From Gammaproteobacteria bacterium (GTDB lineage Bacteria > Pseudomonadota > Gammaproteobacteria > Eutrophobiales > Eutrophobiaceae): a DNA stretch of 64,000 nucleotides. The position numbers and the translations under genes are program-made. The notes beneath the pieces are model-generated. The model did not search any database. It had not been told where the DNA came from and saw only the letters and a list, made by a program, of their open reading frames with translations. This document shows, piece after piece, positions 20,418 through 31,509 of this stretch. The stretch lies in contig CAXMWX010000001.1 in assembly GCA_963422205.2 (NCBI GenBank), positions 256,001 through 320,000 on the forward strand, written 5' to 3'. The stretch's first letter is position 1. Each line of letters opens with the position of its first letter.

Positions 20418-21796
20418 ATGTTCGATAATTTACGTGATCGCCTGACTGGTATCGTCAAGGAGTTGAAGGGCCAGGCACAGATAACCGAGGCAAACATGGC
20501 CGCCACGCTGCGTGAGGTACGCATGGCCCTGCTGGAGGCCGATGTTGCCTTGCCGGTCGTTACCCGGTTTATCGATACCGTCAGGCAAAACGCCCTGGGC
20601 CAGTCGGTCATGACCAGCCTGACGCCGGGACAGGCGATGGTAAAAATTGTACAGCATGAGCTGATCAGCCTGATGGGCGAGACCGGCGCCGAGCTGAATC
20701 TGCACGTGCCGCCGCCTGCGGTGATCCTGCTGGCTGGCCTGCAAGGTGCGGGCAAGACCACCACGGTAGCCAAGCTGGGCTGCTGGCTGCAAGCAGAGAA
20801 GAAAAAAAGCGTGATGGTGGCAAGCTGTGATGTCTACCGGCCAGCCGCCCTGGAGCAACTCGAAATTCTGGCGAGAGATAACGCCCTGGTGCATTTCCCT
20901 GCCACGCCTTCCGAGCAGCCCGTGACCATTGCCGCCGCCGCCTTGCAGCAGGCCAGGACACAGTTTGTCGATGTGCTGCTGGTGGATACGGCCGGTCGTT
21001 TGCATATTGATGCAGAGATGATGCAGGAGATCAGCGAAATCCATGCGGCCTTGTCGCCGAGTGATACGGTGTTTGTGGTGGACAGCATGATGGGTCAGGA
21101 TGCGGTCAATGCGGCTAACGCGTTCAACGCCGCCGTGCCGTTGACCGGCACCATCCTGACCAAGACCGATGGGGATGCCCGTGGTGGTGCGGCATTATCG
21201 GTGCGTCATGTCACGGGCAAGCCCATTCTGTTCATGGGCACGGGTGAAAAATCATCAGCGCTTAGCCCGTTTTATCCAGAGCGCATCGCTTCGCGCATCC
21301 TTGGCATGGGCGATGTGCTTAGCCTGATTGAAGAGGTTGAGCAGAAAGCCGATCAGCAAAAAGCAGAGCGGCTTGCCAGGAAAGTGAAGCAAGGCAAAGG
21401 CTTTAACCTGACCGACTATCAGGAACAGATCAGGCAGATGCAAAACCTCGGCGGCCTGGCGGGGATCATGGACAAGCTGCCGAGCATGGGCGGCACTGTC
21501 CCGGCTGCCGCCATGAACCCGGCCATGAACAGGGGCGGCGATGAGCAACTGGCCAGGGTAGATGCGATCATCAATTCCATGACGCCGGGCGAGCGCCGCC
21601 ATCCTGCGATCATCAACGGCGCCAGAAAAAAACGCATTGCGGGCGGCTCAGGCACACAGATACAGGATGTAAATCGGGTCTTGAAGCAGTTCACCCAGAT
21701 GCAGAAGATGATGAGGAAGCTGTCAAAAAAAAGGCGGCATGAAGAAACATGATGCGCGGTCTTAAAGGCAATCTGCCGCCTGGCTTCAAGTTCTAG
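20418..21796 (+). CDS. ffh: Signal recognition particle protein; last ~20 codons frameshifted in this sequence
   Basis: LLEADV, GLQGAGKTT, DTAGRLH, TKTDGDARGG, RILGMGD; removing two extra A after 21725 restores KKGGMKNMMRGLKGNLPPGFKF* ending at 21796. Confidence 0.93.
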
Positions 21797-21799
21797 TCT

Positions 21800-22346
21800 A
21801 TGCCTTGATGTCGCTGCTGGCGGCGATCAGCGCTTCACAGCGTGCATCGCCAGGGACGATAAATAACAGCACAAAACCAGGCCATGCTCCATTCGGCGAT
21901 GCTCAATGACAGGAAAGGTCCAGTCAACCTCGGCGCATTCACCGGCCCTCGGTCAGGATTAGCGCGATGGCTTCAAAAAAGGGAAAGGCTTGCAGCAGGA
22001 AATCAAGCCCGGGGCCACACTCCGGCACCTGCTCGGCGGGCAGGTGTTGCAGCCAGACCTGCCGACCGGCAAGACCGGCACCGATACCGGCGCTGATACC
22101 GGCCAGGCCGCTGTAGACTTGTCGGCCTGTCTTTCCCAACCCCGCCAGGAGATGGCCATGCAAGAGGCCGAGGCAGGCAGAACAACAGCACAACCCATGA
22201 AGGCAATGCGTTTGCAGAATTGCACAGCGGGCAGGGTTTCCAGGCCGAGGCCAAATTGCAGGTAGTAACCGTAGCCGAGCAGGCCGATACAGAGCAGGAC
22301 AGTCGGCAAATAAAACCGGGCGCGATTGCTGCAATAACCCATTCAT
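21800..22346 (-). pseudogene. dsbB: Disulfide bond formation protein B, multiply frameshifted (likely sequence error); 3' end approximate
   Basis: Fragments across frames: YGYYLQFGLGLE..C..R, AGRQVWLQHLPAEQVPECGPGL, GECAEVDW. Confidence 0.8.
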
Positions 22347-23325
22347 CGGATCACAGGTGTTTGCCTGAGAAATGCCGGGATCCGCTGCTCCAGCCAATAC
22401 ACCGGATGCCACGGACAAGGCCCACTGACAAAGCCGACATGCCCGCCCATGTCGTGATAATTCCAGCCTCACCCGGGACGATAATTCGCTCGCCTGAGGG
22501 ATGGCATCGGCGGTCATGAACGGATCATCTTCAGCATGCAGCAGCAGCGTGGGTACGGTGATGGTGCCAAGGTATTGACGGGAGCTGCTGCGGGCATAGT
22601 AGTCATCAGCATCAGCAAAGCCGTGCAGGGGGGCGGTGATCTGATTATCGAAGTCATAGAAATTTTTCAGTGTCCGGAGGTGATCAACCCGGATAGCCGG
22701 GGGCAGGCGGGTGAATTTATCAAGCAGTTTTTTCCTGAGACTGACGATAAGATGTCGCTGGTAGCCTCTGGATAATCCCCGGTTCAGCTTTTTTGCGCCG
22801 ACTTTCAAGCAGTAGATCACCGAGACGGCAGCAGCAGCACTGATCTTCTCTGCTCTGTCTGCCTCGCCTAAGTATTTGAGCAGGGCATTGCCGCCCAGTG
22901 AATAGCCGATGGCGGCGAGCTTTTGCTCAGGGAATCGTGCCCTCATGGTGTCGACCAGATAGCCAATATCACCCGTGTCACCGGAATGGTAGCCACGTTG
23001 CAGGCGGTTATGTTCACCGCTGCAACCACGAAAGTGCATGAAGACCGCCTGCCAGCCGTGTTGTTTGCAGTGCCGTTAGCATGGGCTTGGCATAATGCGA
23101 ATGGATAGAGCCTTCCAGCCCATGAAAGACCAGCACGACCGGACCCGCTGCCTGCTTTTGTCTTCGCCAGATCAACAAAAATCGCCGTCCGGCAATTCCA
23201 GCCGCTCGCTCGTCAGGGGCAATGTTGGGCGCCGGCGAAAAAAAGTGTGGCCAGATGGTTTGCAGGTGTGCACCGGGGCAACCACCAGGCGGGTTTAAAA
23301 TGCGGAATTGTACGTCCTGCTTCAC
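22343..23325 (-). pseudogene. YheT-family alpha/beta hydrolase, frameshifted (likely sequence error)
   Basis: PGAHLQTIWP, FHGLEGS, HFRGCSGE, GYSLGGN nucleophile elbow, ITAPLHGF, DDPF. Confidence 0.8.
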
Positions 23326-24290
23326 TTCACATACCGGGTCAGCACAGGGTGATTGTTGCATTCTCCACCCCATCAACACGCAGCCCCTGCTCATCCTGGT
23401 ATTGCCGGTCAATCACGCCTAACAGGTGGTGCTGTTTATCTGTCTTTACCGCCGTGATAAACCGTGCCTGCCTTCTTGCCGTTGCGGGCGATGATTTTTG
23501 CTGCCCGCTGGAATGTGCTGCTCGGCCTGGCTTGTTTGCCCGGTGCAGGCGGCGTTTTTACCTGTCCCCGATAGTGTATGCGGGCGATGATCTCTTGGCC
23601 GGGATAACAGCCTTTCTCATAGCTCATGATACCGAACGCATCCAGGCTCATCTCCTGCGGGATAAACGCTTCAGCCGTGGCCTCATCCAGCCAGGGACAG
23701 CGCTGCTGTATCTCCAGCAGTGACCATTGCGCGGCAGCATAGACCGGCAGGGTGGCCGCCAGATCAGCACAGATCGCCTCCGCCTTGTCAGCCTCGACGA
23801 CCAGCAGGCTGCCACCTGTCAGATACGCCATGCCCAGCATACCCTCTTGCGTGATGCACTGATTTTTTATTGGCAATGGGCAGGCCGCTGTGCTGCAAGG
23901 GCGGCATGGCCGGCATGTAAACAGTCCGAGACAGGCAAGCTGCTCCCGTTTATCGGTGATGGTCAGCTGTGCGCGCAGGACAAACATCTGCAAGCGCTGC
24001 ATAACGCCTTGCTGCAAAATCATGCGGTAAGACCAGGGTGTAATTTCTCACCATCAAAGGCAATGATGAAGTTGCAGAGACTGCGGCCCTTGGGGCGTAC
24101 ACCAGGCGCTCAGGCTGGCGGTGCCGGCCGGCATGTTGTTAATATCGCTGATGAAACTGGGCATGGAGGAACTCACCGGCATCCGGGCCGCTTACCTCCA
24201 GCACCGCCCGGTCGGTTAATCGGGCGAGGCCGGGCTGTGTTAATTCATCCAGGGACAGCCTTGGTTGCGGTGGGTTTGTGCAGAAAACGG
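23322..24290 (-). pseudogene. ygfZ: Folate-binding Fe-S protein YgfZ, frameshifted (likely sequence error); start approximate
   Basis: LEVSGPDAGEFL; FIPQ; signature KGCYPGQEIIAR. Confidence 0.8.
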
Positions 24291-24541
24291 CTGCTCTGCC
24301 AGCGGTTGCAACTGCCCGATAATGGGCAGGTACAGCGTGTTGGGCGGGGATGAAACGCCCCATGACCCAGGCATAGATGTCCAAATCAGCCTCTTGCAGC
24401 AACTCGGCAAAAAATTACCTGTTTCCTGCTTGTCGAGTGCGGGAAACTCCTGCTCCAGGAAGCGCAGCAAACAGTATGTCCAAACTCTTTGATACCGCGC
24501 CGACAACGCCAGCGCAGCCGGGATAGTTGTGGCTCATCCAC
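24280..24541 (-). pseudogene. sdhE: Succinate dehydrogenase flavinylation factor, frameshifted (likely sequence error); 3' end approximate
   Basis: GTG 24541 reads MDEPQLSRLRWRCRRGIKE; later LLQEADLDIYAWVMG; directly after sdhB. Confidence 0.8.
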
Positions 24542-24547
24542 GATGGC

Positions 24548-25330
24548 TTACATGGTGCGTGATACCATCAGCTTCTTGATTTCAGCAATGGCCCTGGCAG
24601 GGTTTAATCCCTTGGGACAGGTGTTGGTACAGTTCATAATCGTATGACAACGATACAGGCGGAAGGGGTCTTCGAGATCGTCCAGGCGCTCGCCGGTGTT
24701 CTCATCACGGCTGTCAATGATCCAGCGGTAGGCCTGCAAGAGGGTTGCCGGGCCAAGGTAGCGGTCGCTGTTCCACCAGTAGCTGGGGCAGGAGGTTGAA
24801 CAACAGGCACACAGAATACATTCATACAAACCATCCAGCTTTTCTCTCTCGGCAACCGATTGCAGCCGCTCGCTGTCCGGTGGGGCCGGGGTTTCAGTCT
24901 GCATCCAGGGTTTAATCGCAGCATATTGTGCATAGAAATGAGTCAAGTCCGGCACCAGGTCTTTACGCACGTGCATGTGTGGCAGCGGATAGACCTTGCC
25001 ATCGCCACGGATCTCGTTGATGCCCTTGGTGCAGGCCAGGGTATTGGTGCCGTCAATATTCATGGCACAGGAGCCACAGATCCCCTCACGGCAGGAGCGG
25101 CGGAATGTCAGGGTGGGGTCAAGTGCATTCTTGATATAGATCAGCGCATCAAGCACCATCGGGCCGCATTTGTCCAGATCGATCTCATAGCTGTCAAGGC
25201 GCGGATTCTCATCGGTATCCGGGTCCCAGCGGTAGATGCGAAATACTTTGCTGCGCTGGCTGCCGTTGGCCGCCGATATGCTCTTCCCCGGTGTGATTGT
25301 GGAATGCTTTGGTAAGGTAAATTCCGCCAT
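24548..25330 (-). CDS. sdhB: Succinate dehydrogenase iron-sulfur subunit
   Basis: [46 protein letters not shown]. Confidence 0.96.
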   Translation of the reverse strand: MAEFTLPKHSTITPGKSISAANGSQRSKVFRIYRWDPDTDENPRLDSYEIDLDKCGPMVLDALIYIKNALDPTLTFRRSCREGICGSCAMNIDGTNTLACTKGINEIRGDGKVYPLPHMHVRKDLVPDLTHFYAQYAAIKPWMQTETPAPPDSERLQSVAEREKLDGLYECILCACCSTSCPSYWWNSDRYLGPATLLQAYRWIIDSRDENTGERLDDLEDPFRLYRCHTIMNCTNTCPKGLNPARAIAEIKKLMVSRTM

Positions 25331-25361
25331 GGGTATTCTCTTCGCTGTGTCGTTGATAAAC

Positions 25362-27152
25362 TTAATAAACGCGCTTTTTCGGCGGCACCACGTCCACCTC
25401 ATCCGACAGGGTGAACAGGTGTACCGGCCGGTAGGCAAAGCTCACCGCCCCTGAGTGAATATCCAGCCAGGACAGGGTATGTTGCATCCAGTTCTGATCG
25501 TCACGGTCGGGGTAATCTTCACGGGCATGGGCGCCCCGGCTCTCCTTGCGATTCTCCGCCGAACAAATACTGACCAGCGCATTTTGCAACAGGTTCTCAA
25601 GCTCCAGGGTCTCCACCAGATCCGTATTCCAGATCATGGAACGATCAGAGACATGCACATCGCCCAGCGAGGCATAGATGGCATCCATTTTTTTCATGCC
25701 CTCCTGCAACACCTCACCCGTGCGAAACACCGCAGCGTTGGTCTGCATGGTGCGCTGCATGTCATCCCGGATGGCGGCGGTTTTTCTCTCGCCCCTGGCG
25801 TGACGCAGGCGATCCAGACGGCTCAGGGCCATCTCATTGACCGATGCCGGCAAGGGCTTGTGCGGTGCGCCCGGCGTGATATGGGCAGCGGCATGGTTAG
25901 CGGCCGCCCGGCCAAAGACCACCAGGTCCAGCAGGCTGTTTGAGCCTAGGCGGTTGGCACCATGCACCGAGATACAGGCCGCCTCGCCTATGGCCATCAA
26001 GCCTTCAACGACTGTCTCCGGGTCGCCGTCTTTTAAGGTGAGCACCTGGCCGTGGTAATTGGTGGGGATCCCGCCCATGTTGTAATGCACGGTGGGCAGC
26101 ACCGGTATCGGTGCTTTGCTGACATCAACACCGGCAAAGATACGGGCCGACTCGGCAATCCCCGGCAGACGTTTATGAATGATCTCGGGGCCCAAGTGTT
26201 CCAGGTGCAGGTGAATATGATCGCTATGCTCACCCACACCGCGGCCCTCACGGATCTCCATCGTCATCGAGCGACTGACGACATCGCGTGAGGCCAGGTC
26301 TTTTGCTGACGGGGCGTAGCGCTCCATGAACCTCTCGCCAGCGGCATTGGTCAAGTAGCCGCCCTCGCCGCGCACGCCTTCGGTGATCAGGCAGCCAGCA
26401 CCATAAATGCCCGTGGGATGAAACTGGGTGAATTCCATGTCCTGCAGGGCCAGCCCGGCGCGTAACACCATGGCATTGCCATCGCCCGTGCAGGTGTGCG
26501 CTGAGGTGCAGGAGAAATAACTGCGACCATAACCGCCAGTCGCCAGCACCACGCTGTGACCGCGAAAGACATGCAGGCTGCCATCTTCCAGATTCCAGGC
26601 CAGCACACCGCGGCAGATCCCCTCATCCATGAGTAGATCAATCGCAAAATACTCAACGAAGAACTCGGCATCGTGTTTTAAGGATTGCTGGTAGAGCGTG
26701 TGCAGGATCGCATGGCCGGTACGATCGGCCGCCGCACAGGTGCGTTGTGCCGTGCCTTCCCCGTAGTTGGTGGTCATGCCGCCGAAGGGACGTTGATAGA
26801 TCGTGCCGTGTTCAGTGCGGGAGAAAGGCACACCGTAATGTTCCAGTTCAATCACCGCCGGAATGGCCTCACGGCACATGTATTCAATGGCATCCTGATC
26901 GCCCAGCCAGTCTGAACCCTTAATCGTATCGTACATGTGCCAGCGCCAGTCATCTTCGCCCATGTTGCCCAAAGCGGCGCTCATACCGCCCTGGGCGGCC
27001 ACGGTGTGGCTGCGAGTGGGGAAGACCTTGGTGATGCAGGCCGTCTTCAAGCCCTTGGCCGCCATGCCAAAGGTCGCCCGTAAGCCTGCACCGCCTGCAC
27101 CAACGATGACAATATCGTACTGATGTTCATGGATTGGGTAGGCGGTGGTCAT
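25362..27152 (-). CDS. sdhA: Succinate dehydrogenase flavoprotein subunit
   Basis: [46 protein letters not shown]. Confidence 0.97.
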   Translation of the reverse strand: MTTAYPIHEHQYDIVIVGAGGAGLRATFGMAAKGLKTACITKVFPTRSHTVAAQGGMSAALGNMGEDDWRWHMYDTIKGSDWLGDQDAIEYMCREAIPAVIELEHYGVPFSRTEHGTIYQRPFGGMTTNYGEGTAQRTCAAADRTGHAILHTLYQQSLKHDAEFFVEYFAIDLLMDEGICRGVLAWNLEDGSLHVFRGHSVVLATGGYGRSYFSCTSAHTCTGDGNAMVLRAGLALQDMEFTQFHPTGIYGAGCLITEGVRGEGGYLTNAAGERFMERYAPSAKDLASRDVVSRSMTMEIREGRGVGEHSDHIHLHLEHLGPEIIHKRLPGIAESARIFAGVDVSKAPIPVLPTVHYNMGGIPTNYHGQVLTLKDGDPETVVEGLMAIGEAACISVHGANRLGSNSLLDLVVFGRAAANHAAAHITPGAPHKPLPASVNEMALSRLDRLRHARGERKTAAIRDDMQRTMQTNAAVFRTGEVLQEGMKKMDAIYASLGDVHVSDRSMIWNTDLVETLELENLLQNALVSICSAENRKESRGAHAREDYPDRDDQNWMQHTLSWLDIHSGAVSFAYRPVHLFTLSDEVDVVPPKKRVY

Positions 27153-27158
27153 GGGGTG

Positions 27159-27539
27159 TCAAGCGCCTGCGTAAATTTTCATGATGGCCAGCACGGAGAT
27201 AACCGCCGCCAGTGTAGCCAGGAACTTGACCAGGATGATGGCGCTGATCTTCTGCCATTCCGAGTCAATGTAATCTTCAATGATGATCTGTATGCCTAGC
27301 TGGGCATGGTAGAACAGGCAGGGAATAAAGAGAACCAGCAATACGGCGGTCAGCGGGGTCGTGATCCAGGCGATGATATTGCCATAGGCAAACGATGGCA
27401 TCACCGTCAGCGCATAGATAAACCAGAGCGAGAGTGGCACCAGCGCAATCGCACTCAGGCGCTGATACCACCAGTGATGCGTGCCTTCCCTGGCAGAGCC
27501 GAGGCCGCGTACTCTGGCCAGCGGGGTTTGCAGGCTCAC
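27159..27539 (-). CDS. sdhD: Succinate dehydrogenase membrane anchor
   Basis: RVRGLGSAREGTHHWWYQR, HAQLG..IIEDY; GTG start overlapping the sdhC stop. Confidence 0.92.
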   Translation of the reverse strand: MSLQTPLARVRGLGSAREGTHHWWYQRLSAIALVPLSLWFIYALTVMPSFAYGNIIAWITTPLTAVLLVLFIPCLFYHAQLGIQIIIEDYIDSEWQKISAIILVKFLATLAAVISVLAIMKIYAGA

Positions 27540-27919
27540 AGGCTTATCCTGATATAAACAGTCGCCGCCGTGAGCAGCACAGAGGCGATGATCACAGCAT
27601 AACCGGAGCGGTAAGCCGTAGCCAGTTCCAGGCCAGCACCGATGTCCCAGAACAGGTGGCGGATGCCGTTCAGCAGGTGGTAGTAGAGCGAGAACAGGAT
27701 GGCAACGATGAGGGTGATGCCATACCATCGCTGTATATGGGTTAAGATGGCGGTGTAATTCTCTGCCCCATTGGCGATGGCAATCAGCCAGTAACATAGG
27801 AGCAGCGAAGCGATGCTCAGCCCGATGCCCGTGGCCCTGTGGGTGATCGACAACACCGAGGTCAACTGCGGCTTGTAGATTTGCAGGTGCGGTGATAATG
27901 GCGTTTGTCTGTCCGGCAT
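27536..27919 (-). CDS. sdhC: Succinate dehydrogenase cytochrome b556 subunit
   Basis: PLSPHLQIYKPQLTSVLSITHRATG, HLLNGIRHLFWD. Confidence 0.95.
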   Translation of the reverse strand: MPDRQTPLSPHLQIYKPQLTSVLSITHRATGIGLSIASLLLCYWLIAIANGAENYTAILTHIQRWYGITLIVAILFSLYYHLLNGIRHLFWDIGAGLELATAYRSGYAVIIASVLLTAATVYIRISL

Positions 27920-28231
27920 CGTGCGGTTTCCGTGTGGGGTATGTTTGCCTAAAAAACGTCTAACTTTGCCCTGTGATCAGCTAAAAATCAATACAGCGGC
28001 CTTTATGCTCCCAATCACCGTAGCGTGTGGGTTCCGGGCCCCTGGGGCCGCCGGTCTCTTTGATCTGGCCGGGGTTTTTCTTCACTTTATCAGCAACCTG
28101 TTGCTCTGTGCTGTCGTGTTTTTTCTGTGCGTCTTTTCTCATGCGATAGAGCTGCCGTTATTATCTGCCGATGCCATACGTCAATCAACATCAAGGGGCA
28201 GTATGTTTATTATCCGAAAGGATTGCAAGCC

Positions 28232-28726
28232 ATGACTGATCCCTGCCGGCCGGATGCTGCCAGCCCCTCTGACAACCGGCCTGCTTCGCCGTTTGCATCT
28301 GCATTTGAACAGCCCTTGAGCTTCGCCTACCGACCGCCCCGAAGTCTCCTGCTATTGCAGATTCTGGCCTTTGTGTTGGCCTTTTATGCGATCGCCATGG
28401 CGCTGCTGTCAGCGGCTGTTAAGTGGCTGTGTTATGTGGTGCTGGCGGTCTATTTGTTGCGGCAGCTGGATCGGTTTTTGACCGCCGGCGCTGCTCAGGT
28501 GTTACATTTATCTGCAACCGATGAATGGTATCTCTATACGGCGACCGAAAAGCAGAAGCTGACCCTGCGGCATGATGTGTTGATACACCATCGAATCGCC
28601 GTGCTGAATTTTCATGATGCGGCAAAGCGGCGCTATGATTTTATCCTGACCAGAGAGAATGCCGATGCTGAGATGCTGCGGGTATTGCGTGTCAGGTTGC
28701 GGCATAAGCGACAGGTTTGGCGATAG
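28232..28726 (+). CDS. YgfX-like membrane protein
   Basis: Two N-terminal TM segments, C-terminal LRVLRVRLR; sdhE/ygfZ neighbourhood. Confidence 0.6.
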   Translation: MTDPCRPDAASPSDNRPASPFASAFEQPLSFAYRPPRSLLLLQILAFVLAFYAIAMALLSAAVKWLCYVVLAVYLLRQLDRFLTAGAAQVLHLSATDEWYLYTATEKQKLTLRHDVLIHHRIAVLNFHDAAKRRYDFILTRENADAEMLRVLRVRLRHKRQVWR

Positions 28727-28776
28727 CGGCTGATTAAAATTGGTAGTACCATATATGGTATTCAAATTCAACGACC

Positions 28777-29968
28777 ATGGAGGTTACGGAAATGTCACAA
28801 CGATCTCAAAGAATACCTGATGTTATCAAAGAGGTGATGGGTTTATATGAACAGTTGAAGAAAGCACACGGTACTTTTCGTCGGATAACACCGGAGCATG
28901 TAAAAAGTAGTCGAGATGAATATCGTAATGATTGGAGTAACCAAAATACAGACAGGGTAATGAAGAACCGCGAGAAACCTGTAGAGGAGCAGGATCTGAA
29001 GTTATGGGAATTAATTCGCCACCTATATGGAAAAACTGAAGAGATATTTTTCCTGTTTGATGCCGTTAATACGCAATATCTAGAGGGAATTCCGACGGAA
29101 CTGAGCGATTATTTTTACAAAACAATTCGACCACGGCGGAAACAATTATCCGAATTATTCAAAGAGACTGAGATAGTTATCGAGAGTAGGCCACGCAGAG
29201 ATACTGGTGATGACACCCCCGATGACATAAAGAATGAACCCGATGAGATAAAGAAACTCCTGAAAGAGGTTCTGCACTATTACATCAATAATGAGGGGGT
29301 TTTCAAAGAAACCATAGACTACGATCTAATAGAACGGCTAAAAAAACATACGCAGCGAAGATGAGTTTTTAGATGAGTATTTTATCGATGCTATTCTACA
29401 AAGAAGGGACGAATATTACGGTGAAGATGCCTACTTTGGCGGCGAAGAGCAAGCAAAATCCGAAAATACTGGTTATGTCGGCTTATTGCAGGGTTTATTA
29501 CACGAGCCATTCTTTCAACCCCAGATATGGATAGATAATAAGCAGCAGCTTGAACCCATCCTGGTTAGCGATAAGGACGTAAACATTCCAAAACCCGTAC
29601 TTAAAAGGTTGGAAGAACTCAACCAATGTCTATTATTTGGTCTTGATAGAGCCGCCGTCAGCATGGCAAGGGCCACACTTGAGTTTGCTATCAGATACAA
29701 GTACGGGGCTAAGGAGAGCGGGCAGAAACTGCAATGTCTGAAAAATAAAGGCAGGGATAATGATGTTAATTTGAAGAAAATGATTAAAGAGGTCAGCGGC
29801 TTGCTTGATTTTGACTATAAAAAATTAAACGAGATCAGGCTATGCGGTAATCAGGTATTACACCTCATATCCGATGATCCGCCAGCGGAGTTTCCTCTGA
29901 AAGAAGGAATTACTAATAAAATCATGCAGACGCTATGGGAATTTTTGACAAGACTTTATAGCGAGTGA
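28777..29968 (+). CDS. AT-rich gene with C-terminal DUF4145/HEPN-like domain, split by a +1 frameshift at the A7 run 29340-29346
   Basis: Removing one A joins ORF 28777 to ORF 29486 with no stops; AAVSMARATLE and IRLCGNQVLH (RxxGNxxxH). Confidence 0.65.
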
Positions 29969-30031
29969 TACAAGCTACGGGCAGGCTTCGGTGCTTCGCT
30001 GTCGTGGGCAGGGTTTACAGGCACAGGCGTA

Positions 30032-30844
30032 TCATGTATTGCGCCAGGCGATCCACAGTTTGTGCAATGGCGATAAAACAATATGTTGCTGCATGATATT
30101 TTTATCACTGGCCAGGTAAGCGGCCAGTTGTGACAGCAGGGAGCAGCACAACACACGAGCGAAGATCAGGTGTGTATCATCCCTGTTGACAAGGGTGTAT
30201 TTGTCAGCGCGCAGATCCTTCTCCACCCATTGCAACAGCTGCCGTAATAACCTGCTGCAACGCTCATCGGCTGCTTGTTCTGTGAGCGTCTGTAGTGTTA
30301 TCCCGTGTTGGTGCAACAGGTGGGCGGGCAGGGGCTGTCTGCCGGCGGCGATGAGACGATGCAGATAATGCAGTTGCTCTATCATTGAGGCACACGCCAG
30401 TATTCGGGCCAGTATGCTGATGGTCTCCTGCCCTTCGGCATGGCAGAGCCTGGCGATATGCAGGGCGGTGGCGTGACAGCGTTGTTCGTGTTGCTGTTGC
30501 CAGTCATGGTAGCTGTCGATGGGCTGGCATTGCAGCAGCAGATCGCAGGCATGCAGAGATGAGATAAACGCATGATGATCGAGGGTCATGTCATGCTGTT
30601 GCAGGAGACGAGTGATGGGATGGTGCGCCCGGCCCTGCTGTAATCGCATCAGCTCATCGCCCCACCAGGCAAGGCTGAGCCTGGCGGCGCCCGGGTCTGT
30701 GCTTTGAAAAATCAGCGTGGACAACTCATTATGCAGTGCCAGCAGGGGATGTAGCCGGCTTGCTTGTGGCTGATACAGGCAGGCATAGTAGAAATGCGAG
30801 CCGGCGGGTATGCCTTTATCTGCACAGAGCTGGCCTGTGTTCAT
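30032..30844 (-). CDS. Squalene/phytoene synthase-like protein (HpnD-like), catalytic motifs degenerate
   Basis: GSHFYYA, DPGAARLSLAWW..EL, HPI, LSPLHKLWIAW; DDxxD and NxxRD motifs absent. Confidence 0.7.
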   Translation of the reverse strand: MNTGQLCADKGIPAGSHFYYACLYQPQASRLHPLLALHNELSTLIFQSTDPGAARLSLAWWGDELMRLQQGRAHHPITRLLQQHDMTLDHHAFISSLHACDLLLQCQPIDSYHDWQQQHEQRCHATALHIARLCHAEGQETISILARILACASMIEQLHYLHRLIAAGRQPLPAHLLHQHGITLQTLTEQAADERCSRLLRQLLQWVEKDLRADKYTLVNRDDTHLIFARVLCCSLLSQLAAYLASDKNIMQQHIVLSPLHKLWIAWRNT

Positions 30845-31509
30845 GTCGCCTGATCCAGCCAGTCAAGCACCTGTGTCGGGCGGTTGATGATGCCATCGGC
30901 GCCCCACTCAAGCGGCTTATCGTCCGCCCCCAGATAGCCGTATGCTGCCACCAGCGTCTTCATGCCAGCCCCTCTGCCGGCCTGAATGTCACGCTCGGCA
31001 TCGCCGACATACAAGGTCTTTGCGGGATCACATTGTAATAGCTGGCAAGCATGAAGCAGGGGGGCGGGATCGGGCTTGCATACCGTTAAGGTATCGCCAG
31101 AGACGATGCAGGGCGTGCGTTTATCCAGCCCCAGTGCTGTCAGCAGGGGGCCGGTCAGCCAGCCCGGCTTGTTGGTCACAATCCCCCATTTCATGTCATT
31201 GGCCGTGATTCTCTTCAGCACCCTATCCATGCCCGGGAAAGGTGCGCTGTGTACGGCCAGGTTGTCTTGATAGCATTGCAGAAACTGCTGGCGCAGCCTG
31301 TCAAATTCAGGATCAGATTGCCTGATAGCAAATGCCAGTTCCAGCATGGCGGCGGCGCCCAATGAGACCTTCGGCCGGATAGTGGCAAAGGGCAGCCGTG
31401 GCCGATTATTGGCGGCCAGTGTATGGTTCAGGGCATCGGCGATATCCGGCGCCGTGTCCACCAGGGTGCCATCCAGATCAAACAGAATGGCTTGCAGCCC
31501 GGGTTTCAT
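30841..31509 (-). CDS. gph: HAD phosphatase (phosphoglycolate / MurNAc-6-P phosphatase, Gph/MupP-like)
   Basis: FDLDGTLVDTAPD, VTNKP, KPDPAPL, VGDAERDIQAG; follows ubiG. Confidence 0.8.
   Translation of the reverse strand: MKPGLQAILFDLDGTLVDTAPDIADALNHTLAANNRPRLPFATIRPKVSLGAAAMLELAFAIRQSDPEFDRLRQQFLQCYQDNLAVHSAPFPGMDRVLKRITANDMKWGIVTNKPGWLTGPLLTALGLDKRTPCIVSGDTLTVCKPDPAPLLHACQLLQCDPAKTLYVGDAERDIQAGRGAGMKTLVAAYGYLGADDKPLEWGADGIINRPTQVLDWLDQAT

Noticed and set aside
21720-24545. Programmed frameshifting or recoding
   Set aside because: Too many irregular indels across unrelated genes; sequence error explains them better
27921-28235. 104-aa ORF between sdhC and ygfX
   Set aside because: No recognisable motifs; it occupies the divergent promoter region
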